From NCBI GenBank assembly GCA_951406725.2, contig OX597814.1, positions 27,032,001 to 27,096,000 of the forward strand: a stretch of DNA of 64,000 nucleotides, read 5' to 3'. Within the stretch, counting starts at the first letter, position 1. Each line of letters begins with the position of its first letter. Positions 54,860 through 64,000 of this stretch are shown one piece after another. The stretch is from Octopus vulgaris. Lineage: Eukaryota. Below the pieces are notes generated by a model, which had not been told where the DNA came from, made no database searches, and worked only from the letters and a program-made list of their open reading frames with translations. The position numbers and the translations under genes were made by a program.

Positions 54860-55365
54860 TATCTACTACATATGTGGAAAATCGGTGTGTGTTTGTTTGT
54901 GGTGTTGTTAGCTAACTTCTCCTACATCAGTTTACTGATTTTGATGAAACTTGACACATGACTACAACTCATGTCTGGAAACCTTGTGACATACTTAGAT
55001 TGTTGAAAAAATTGATAATATGGCCCCTGGAAGGGACCTTTATATCTACCTCATATAACTAATTTTTTTAAACACCCAAGGGAAATAACCCATAGCACCT
55101 GTACAATATTTTTAAAAACACTCAAGGGAAATAACCCATTTCATTGTTTATCTTCAGTTACTTTGAATATTGATTTTTTGTGTATCCTATTTCTAACTTT
55201 TACAGACAATATCATTTTTATACTTTGACACATGAGTAGAACTCATGTGTCAAAAGGCTGCTTCGTAACATCTTTCTGTTTCATAATCTACCTTACCTTT
55301 TACCAATTAAAATTTCACACATACACTACACTTAGCAAACATAGCTATCTATAGATATTCAGCTT
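54860..55365 (+). mobile_element. Possible non-autonomous Helitron/DINE-like relic
   Basis: Starts A|TCTACTA and contains (GTTT)n, 'gattttgatgaaacttgacac', internal direct repeats and a hairpin. The 3' CTAG is not intact. Confidence 0.35.
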
Positions 55366-56796
55366 TAAAATCTTTTGGTGAAAGTAAATGTGAAGTAAGT
55401 TAAAAGGACAAAATCAGGAGAATTAGAGGCACAAGAGAAGTGAAAGTGAAGTGCAAACTAAACTTAGCACTTCAATAATTTTGGTTCTTTAGACAATTAA
55501 GGTCTTGTACATTTCTTGGTTAATCCCTTGATTACCATCATGTAAGTTATTACCTATCTCAATGTATAAACATATTCTTTGGTCTTAATTCAACACATAG
55601 TTTTAAATAGTTACCTTTAACAAGGTAACCAATGTACTACTCCTCAACTATAGGTTACAAATAAAGTTTGTAATCTATAGTTGTGTTACAAATAATATTT
55701 GAATTGAAACTTAGTCAAAGTTTTTATATATAATTGATAATGTGTGTGTGTGTGTGTGAATGTTAATATTTTGTTACCATTTGAGTGGTGTCAATAAATA
55801 GAACCCAACTTTATAACTTTGCCTCAAAAGCAATTCCTGTCCAACCCATGATAACATGGAAAAGTAGACATTCAATGACTGAGTGAACGAAAACAAGAGT
55901 ACAAAATGATAACATTAAAAGATGAGTTTGAAAGCTGGGAAAAGCATACTACTCAAGCAATTGCTCATCTACAAGTTATAGGCATGTAAGCGTGCGTCTT
56001 TCCTTTACAGTGTTCGCTAATGATAAACACACAATATTTTCACAAACTACTTTTACTCTAAGCGATGTTTCACAATAATATCTCACTTAGATTTTTATCA
56101 CAATTTGAACACCAAGAAATAAAATAACATGTTAATAATAAAACAGCAAACCACAACAACATCAACAATAACAAAAGATAATATTTTTCATCCAATATTG
56201 TTACTTTCTGCAATATTTCAGAAATTCCTGCTAGATTTGTCACGATTTCAAGACAGTTGTCTTCATTAGAGTAGGTATTTATCAGAGAGATGGTTAGTTT
56301 AGATGTTCCACTTAAAACACATGTTGGCAGTAATTTTCTGCCAAAAGCTGATAGTTTGGGAGGAGAGAATGAATTGAAGTAATTACATGTGTGTTATGTG
56401 TATATATATATATGTATGTATGTGTATATAACAGTAATGCATTTATATGCTCGCATTGTAAGCCTGTAAGCATTCTAACTTGAGTAATTTACATGAGTGT
56501 GTATGTATGTGTGTGTGTTTTAGCATATAGTTTTGAGGACATGTGTGTGTGTTAGCATGTACTCTTGTATGTTTGCACAACTATATACATGTGTGCATGC
56601 TTGCGTACAAGAATACATAAACTATCATGTGTGTGAGCATAAATTTCAAAATATGCATATACTCTATTATTTTTACTAAGTGTTTGTGTTATCATTATGC
56701 ACCTACATGGTTCTATGTGTGTGTGTGTGTGCAAAGAGAAGGAGAGGAAGAGACATATGTATCCAATAATATTTTATATAATATACTGACAAAGAC

Positions 56797-56859
<63 letters not shown>

Positions 56860-57454
56860 TGTGAGTGAATATTGTTGACAGTTATGGTTGTATATATATA
56901 CACCTATTTAGAAGTAAAACAAAGAGATGATAAGATGTCAAACAATTTGTACCTGGATCACAATTGAACTTTTAGTGACACAAAGATAGACTCTTCCATC
57001 GTATACTGATCATAACACTGTTTGAACATAAACACTGAATTATAGATTTACACACAACTGTTTGGGTGCGTGTGCACATCTTTTTATAAACATACAACTA
57101 TTCATACATGCATTAGCATACAAAACCTTGCCTAATTGCTGATATGCATTCATATATAGATATATAAATACACACACAGGGATGAACTGACTTATAGACA
57201 TAAACATACAACATAAATATGAATAAAAGTGAATATATTCCATTGATACACAGACACACCAACATATACACAAATATGAATAAATATAAATATCCACAAT
57301 ACACATACATGCATACACACATATAAATAAATAGATATATCTAGTTTTTTCTCACATACTTAGAAAGAAATATTCAGCTAACATATTCTTAAAGGAAAAT
57401 TCTACAAATACTTAGAAAGAAATATTTCTTTTAGTGTTGAGAAACTATAGTCAG

Positions 57455-57610
57455 CCCAGGTATAACCATTTGGTTAAGAAGTTTGCTTTGCAACCACATG
57501 GTTTCAGGTTCACTCCCACTCACAGCATCTTATGCAAGTGCCTTCTACTATACCCCAGGGCCAACCAACTGTTTGTGAATGAATTTAATCGATGGAAATA
57601 GCACATGAGT
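57455..57610 (+). mobile_element. SINE family A head (decayed)
   Basis: 'tggttaagaagtttgctttgcaaccacatggtttcaggttca'. Confidence 0.65.
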
Positions 57611-58459
57611 CCTTAATATATATCATTCATTTGTTTGTTTTATTTTAGCACTTGTTTTTCTTCATGCTAATATGGCTTAAAGGAGAAGAATTGAGGCAGA
57701 ATTTTTATGACTAGATGTTCATTCTATTGCCAACCCTTACCTATTTTATAGGTAAGGAGTGCGTGCGTGTGTGTGTGTGTGTGCATGCATCTTTGATTTT
57801 GTGTCTGTTTCTTACTATATGACAACTGGCAATGGCTTGTGTTCCTATAATCTAGCTGTCTAACAAAAAGAAACTGATAGAATATGGACCAGATTTTTAA
57901 AAAAGTTGGCTACTCATTGCCATCATTTTGATTGAGTAAAACCCTTCAAGTTGGTGCCCCAGCATGGTCACAGCCCAGTACCGAAACAAGTAAAAACAGT
58001 AGTAGCAGCAGCAGCAGCAAGTTATCTATGGGTTAACCTTGCTTAAAGAGACAAATATTCAATGTCCTTCTGCTATGATGATCCCATCTTTTTCATCAGG
58101 TATATTTTATCCCATGTGTTATCCAAAGATAGTGGAATGTGACTTGAGGATGCTTTGCCTGCCATATCAGACAGGTTGAACAACTCCAATGAGGATTCAT
58201 TATCACACATGGTAGTGGTATTATTATTATTATTGAGTGAGAGAGCAGCGCATGCCATCAAAGTGACACTGGGGCACAAATATACCCATCATGTCTTCTC
58301 ATCTGATAAGGGTGCACCTGGCACATCCATCACAACCATATGTGCCCAACATGGTGATCTCATATTAAGATAAACAACACACGACCTCACAGGTAAGGCC
58401 TAATTAGAATTTTCTTCAGTAGCCCATCCCACTCAAAAGGTCCCTAGTAGTAGTATTAA

Positions 58460-58680
58460 TGTGGCAAGTGGGCAGAATCATTAGCACACTGGGTAAAATG
58501 TTTGGAGGCATTTCATCCATCTTCACATTTTGAGTTCAAACTCTGCCAAGGTAGACTCTGCCTTTCATCCTTTCAGGGTCGATGAAATAGGTACCAGTTA
58601 TGTACTGTAGTTGATGTAATCAACTAGCCCCCACTCCAAAATTTCAGGCTTTGTGACTTTAGTAGAAAGGATTATTATTA
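58460..58680 (+). mobile_element. SINE family B copy
   Basis: Homologous to 10275-10505; ends in (TTA)n. Confidence 0.7.
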
Positions 58681-60467
58681 TTAGTTCTGCAGCTGCTACC
58701 TTAGATCAGTTTTGAGCTATAATTACAGATATTGTAGCCAGTTTTACTTCAGACAAACACTTTTCTTTATTTAACATACGAGAGTATGATTTGATGGGAA
58801 TTTGGCAGCTATTTCTAACAGACAGAATTACTGTTTTGAAGCTGATATATCCTCCATCACTATATATTGCTGAGGTGAAGTGCAGGCATGACAATGGTTT
58901 TTAAGTTCAATCAAACTGTAAAGCATCTCAGTCAAGAAATATTTTCTACTATAGGCCCCAGATTGAATAATGTATTGTGAATAAATTTGAAAGTTAGAAG
59001 CTAAAAGAATCCCATCATGTGTGTGTGTGTGTGTGTGCATGCACACACTCATGCATACATTTGTTCATTGACATTTGCGCTTCTTTGAAAATAGCTCAGC
59101 AACAGGTGTTTATACTGTCACTTCCCGTCAGTGGGTTATTCACTGGCTTTGAGCCTTTAAAGACACATGGAATAAGAGATCCCTAACTTGAAAAGCTTGT
59201 AAGCATTAGTGTCAAAAATGGCATCTGGCTATAAAACAATACCTCAATAATATATTTGTCTAACTCATACTAGCTTGGTAAAACAAGCACAAAAATGAAG
59301 AAGGAATTATAACTAAGGTAGTTGGCAGAAATTGTAGTGTTTTATCAGTTGGGTTTTTTGGTTTTTTGGGGTTTTTTTTAATCCAAGGGAAAGGAGCAGT
59401 GTCCACACGTTTTACTGTCCTTCCTAGGAAGTGAAAGGCCTATCAACGTTGATATTGTTCAGCTTGAGATTATGCAGGTTTCAGTTTTAATACAAAACAG
59501 ACAAGAAGCAAGTTCTTTAGAATTGTACTGCTGGTCTGAAAGGAAGGAATGAAAGAAGTGTTTGATGCATGATTGACAAGTGAGATGCAGTAGTACTGGT
59601 GAACAGGAAATAGAGGGATGCATTGACTGGAACAGGACAGGGGTAGTTTATAGTTAGTTGGTTCAGAGGAGCAATACAGTACAAGATAAAGAGAGGCAGC
59701 AAGTTCTTTGGAAATGGTAATGTATCAGTGGGTGGAAGTTGGCTAATTTGGTGGACGATTTTCATTTTGGAGGGGTGTTTTGTTTTTCTTTTTATGTATC
59801 TTGAATGTTTGTAAAAGAAAAAGGGAGAGAGGAAGGGTGTGTGGAGAGAGAGAGAGAGAGGAAGAGGAAACAGCTGTTTCATCCCATGTATGGAAACAGT
59901 ACAGTTTGCACTTATGCCATAGAGTGAGGGTCAGAAACTATTCAAAACTGAAGTAGTTTCTGGACCTGAAAAGGAAGCCTAGTCATTGGAATTCTATTTT
60001 GGGTATGTTATAAATTTGTGGTCACCATGCACAGTCACAGAGATTGTGAAGCTTATCATTTGTAAAATTAGTAATTGTTTATTGTCCATGTCTACTTTAA
60101 GAAATACTAGGATACTGATGGCATAAAAATGATAACTATTTCAATTCTAAATATATAGTTTTTCTTATTTTCTTATAATTTAAAACTTTGAATATGTTCT
60201 GATTTATTCTCAATTTCTGTAATAATATAAATTTTCTCATTTTATCTTCAAAATTATATCATTTAAAAGAATGTGATTGCTGTCAAAACTTCATGAAAGA
60301 CTTATCTCTATTAATACTTAATATTGTGTTGCTCTACCTCATTCTATAAAGGTTTACACTGCAACATAGACATATGGAAATGATATGTGTGTATGTGAGA
60401 GAGAGAGTGTATGTGTGTGTATGTGAGAGAGTGTATGTGTGTGTATGCATATATATGTATATATATA

Positions 60468-60755
60468 CATGCCAGGTCCACCTAATTGGCTTCCATGCCA
60501 GTGGCATGTAAAAAGCATCATCTGAACATGATCGATGCCAGGACCGCCTGACTGGCTCCTGTGCCAGTGGTACATGAAAAGCACCCACTACACTCTCAGA
60601 GTGGTTGGCATTAGGAAGGGCATCCAACTGTAGAAACATTGCCAGATCAGATTGGAGCCTGGTGCAGCTGCTGGCTATCCAAACCTCTGTCTAACCATCC
60701 AATCCATGCCAGCATGGAAAATGGACATTAAACAATGATGATGATGATGATGATG
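60468..60755 (+). mobile_element. RTE-type 3' tail/SINE fragment
   Basis: Same family as 31606; has a (GAT)n tail. Confidence 0.8.
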
Positions 60756-60779
60756 CTATATATATATATCTATATATAT

Positions 60780-60917
60780 AAAGATAGATATGGCCAGTCT
60801 ATGGAGTTACCCTGAGTTTCACATCCATAAAGTTCTTAGATTTACAGTATTTTTTCAGACCCTAAAACCAAGCATTTTATGGATGAGAAACCTCATAGAC
60901 CAGCCATATCTGTCTTT
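60780..60917. repeat. Hairpin/inverted repeat with ~45-bp arms
   Basis: aaagatagatatggccagtctatg..gagtttcacatccataaa pairs with tttatggatgagaaacctcatagaccagccatatctgtcttt. Confidence 0.8.
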
Positions 60918-60980
60918 ATTTGTGTACTCTACTGCTCTTTTGGATTTATGATCTGCTAAAGATATCTATATATGTATATA

Positions 60981-61383
60981 TCATCATCATCATCATCATT
61001 TAATGTCCATTGTCCATGCTGGCATGGATTGGATGGTTTGGCCAGGGCTGACATGCTGGAAGGCTGCACCAGACTCCAGTCTGATTTGACTGGATGCTCT
61101 TCCTAACGCCAACCACTCTGGAAGTGTAATGGGCACTTTCACATGCCACTGGCATGGGTGCTATTTGCGTAACACCAGTATCAGCCACAACTGTGATTTT
61201 GCTTGGCTTGATGGGTCTTCTCAAGCATGACATAATGCCAACGTCATTGCCTCTGTGAGGCCCAACACTTGAAAGGAACTCAGCCACTTTGCCTCCATGA
61301 GGTTCAATGCTCAAAAGGAACTTAGTCACTTTACCCCCATGAGGCCCAATGCTTGAAGGGAACTCAGCCACTTAGCCTCCATG
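60981..61383 (-). mobile_element. RTE-type tail/SINE, inverted, with an internal ~42-bp x3 tandem repeat (61247-61383)
   Basis: Starts with (CAT)n and is the reverse complement of the 60561-60755 family. Confidence 0.8.
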
Positions 61384-62266
61384 TGTGTGAGTGTGTGTGT
61401 GTTGATAGTTTTGCATATGTTAAGGCATTGTTTGTCCTACAAGTAATGCATGCATATCCTGACTTACCAAACAAATCAATGATAACATGGGTACTTTATG
61501 ATATAATGTGAATTTTAGGATTAAAAATGCAATTGATCATCTGACTCAAACCACAGCAACCTTTGAAATAAAGATTTTGTGCAGTCATCATTTTGAATTT
61601 ATGGACAAGTCTGTGTGTATGCTGCTATGTGTCTATGCTTGTAAATATACGTACAATAAAAGGTTTCTCCTACCTTTTGTCTTATAAACAATGAGTGTAT
61701 CATATAAGGCATGTATAATGAAGCATCAGAAATGAATCCTAAGAAATAGCAGTTATTGTGTGTATATATAAGCAAGTGAATGTCTAAACATCGATTTGCA
61801 TCTTTATAAGAGAGAAAGAGAAAAGCAAAGAAGAATGCATGTGTGTATGGGACAATATTACATATTATACATTTCTGAAGAACAATCTGAGTGAAAAAAA
61901 TAATGACTCCACAAGTGAGATTTGAACCACTCATTTACTGGTAAAATGGGCAACTATTTACATTACAGGCACCTCACAGCTTTCTTTTCTCAATGGAAAA
62001 AATATATTTTGCTCTCAAATTATTTTCATTTCAAATGAGAAAATGTTTGTTATCCAGTATATTTTGCACTTAGATTTAACAGCTACCAATGAACTGTTTC
62101 ACTGAAAGAAAAAAAAACATACAACAGCAATTATTCGTAATACAAAAGAAATATTATCCAATAATTCCTGCCCCCTCCCTTCTCTGGTTATGCGTAAAAT
62201 AACAGGTGATGTCTAGACAAATTCTATAACAAACCAAGTGAAGTTTGTAGTCTTATCTTGCTACAG

Positions 62267-62380
62267 AACCTATCAAACCAAAGGTATATATTGCCGGTGT
62301 TGGCTCCAGAACAGTGAATATCTCTTGGATGGCACCGACAAATGATCATATTGGTTACTCCATTGAATATCGAAAACTAG
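62267..62380 (+). CDS. Nrg: Neuroglian/L1CAM-family exon, first half of FnIII-5 (114 nt, phase 1-1)
   Basis: Acceptor tcttgctacag, donor gtaaaa. Peptide (Q)PIKPKVYIAGVGSRTVNISWMAPTNDHIGYSIEYRKL has the FnIII 'VNISW' and 'Y.IEYR' strands and is phase-compatible with the donor at 34573. Confidence 0.8.
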
Positions 62381-64000
62381 GTAAAAATTTCTTCACTCTT
62401 CTTTTTCTCACCTATTTTCTATCATTATTTCTTCTAAACACATTTACTCAGAGAAAAACATACAAACATACACAAATATATGATTGTGTCTGTATGTGTG
62501 TGTGTGTATATATAAAACATTTAAATGAGAAACAGTTCTACAAAGTGGTATAGTATTGTAATTGCAACAATGCTGCATTTTTATCAGTTTGCTGACAGAT
62601 TTCACTTCTCATTATATGTAAAATGTATATATACATATACTGTTTAACAGTTCAAATTTTAATAACATTTACCCAGTGTTCCATTCATTTTCAAATCTTG
62701 CTATTATGCCTGGTACACACAGATGGGAAAGAGTGATATACATACAAGAATATAATGGTGTCAACAGTATATCACTTTGAACAAGTTTTAAAAATCAAAA
62801 AAGCAGTCAAAACATACATAAAATATTGGACAGTGTTTGTTTAGATTGAAGTGTTCAAAGAAAAAGTAAAATCTGTTAAAATAAATCAACAGTAAACTAT
62901 TAAAAATGCAGTTTTCAATACTATATACAAATGTGTGTATGTGTGCGTATACATACACACATACACACCTGTATATATACACACACATATACACATATAT
63001 ACACATATTCACACAAATAAAAAATAAATCAAACAAGCTTCCTCTATCTTCTATTGAATTCCTTTTGTTCTTCCTCGCTCTAGTCTTTCTTATTTTCATT
63101 ACATTTCCCTTTGTCTAACTTCCTTGTCATCTTTATTTTGTTCATCTAACTTCAATTGATACCAATTTAGTTTCGAGTTAAATCTAACATCTTCAGTTAT
63201 TATCAATGATAAATTATTCACAAGTTTGTTTCTCAGTAAAAAAATATATATGTATAACAAATTAAGTATTTCTTTTAAAGGAAATCAATCATCTTTAGTT
63301 TCTTCAATATTTGCAATGTTTAAAACAAAAATTGTTTTCTGCTAGTAACCAGCAAAATAATTATCAAAAAATCTTTCTGAAACAAAATTCTGGAGATAGA
63401 TGCTGAAACAATTTTCTAAAATAATTTACTGAAAATAATTCTCTGAAATAATGTTCTGAAAACATTTTTAACAAAAATTAAGAAAACTTCTAAGAATTTT
63501 CTGTAGAAATACTGAAGACAATAACAAATTCTGAAAATAATTTCATGATGACAATCAGAATATTATTTACTGGGGAAACTTTGAGTGGAAACAAAGTTAA
63601 TGCCTTGTTCTGAATTATTTTAAAGATTTATAAAACCTGAAATTAGTTTCATAAACGTTTTTATTTCAGTCTAAATCTTAGGAATACTGTCAGGTGATTA
63701 TTAGGAATAACTATGGAATTAAGGACACAAGGAAACTAATATTTTCAATTCCTATCACATTTATCAAGAAGTATAAGAAATTATAAAATAGACTAAAAAT
63801 AGCACTGACATGAGAGTGGTACAAGTGAAGGCAGCTGCTAACCAGTTTCCAACTTCACATACATTTTATGCAGAATTCTTCAAATTTTTATTATTTCAGA
63901 CATTTGCAAGCTTTTATTTCTTCAACAAAATCTATTGTATAGAATGCATATTAGTATTAATTTGGCAATGTTGGTAATTTATGTTACTCTACTTGTGTGC

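Noticed and set aside
56011-56125. Possible alternative terminal exon (tttcctttacag|...LFANDKHTIFSQTTFTLSDVSQ*) giving a secreted isoform
   Set aside because: Acceptor-like sites and AATAAA are common in AT-rich introns, and there is no independent support.
61247-61383. ~42-bp x3 repeat and the 123-aa ORF 61000-61371
   Set aside because: Tandem units inside a retroposon with no spacers; the ORF is repeat-derived.
61905-61985. tRNA-like B-box on the minus strand; likewise the SINE heads as tRNA genes
   Set aside because: No cloverleaf or acceptor stem could be formed; consistent with decayed SINE heads.

Overview
AT-rich, microsatellite-saturated animal DNA. The repeat families resemble those of Octopus, so a coleoid cephalopod is inferred. 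The only host coding sequence I can support is four small + strand GT-AG exons (30764-31007, 33040-33162, 34388-34573, 62267-62380). They splice in frame into the second half of FnIII-3, all of FnIII-4 and the start of FnIII-5 of a neuroglian/L1CAM-family adhesion molecule. The rest appears to be intron (more than 30 kb upstream with no recognisable exon, plus one 27.7 kb intron). It is filled with tRNA-headed SINEs, RTE-type tails, and relics of Penelope, R4/Dong, CR1/L2 and RTE elements, piggyBac-like and palindromic MITEs, and simple repeats. Almost all ORFs in the supplied track are microsatellite artefacts. Best leads: a structurally complete minimal hammerhead ribozyme (14266-14336, -) beside a Penelope GIY-YIG relic; an RGD plus His/Arg-rich loop in FnIII-3; inverted repeats bracketing the 309-nt two-exon FnIII-4 module; and a nested fold-back of about 600 nt just upstream of the FnIII-5 exon. 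I found no convincing evidence of a wholly new biological system. Repeat boundaries were read by eye and are approximate.
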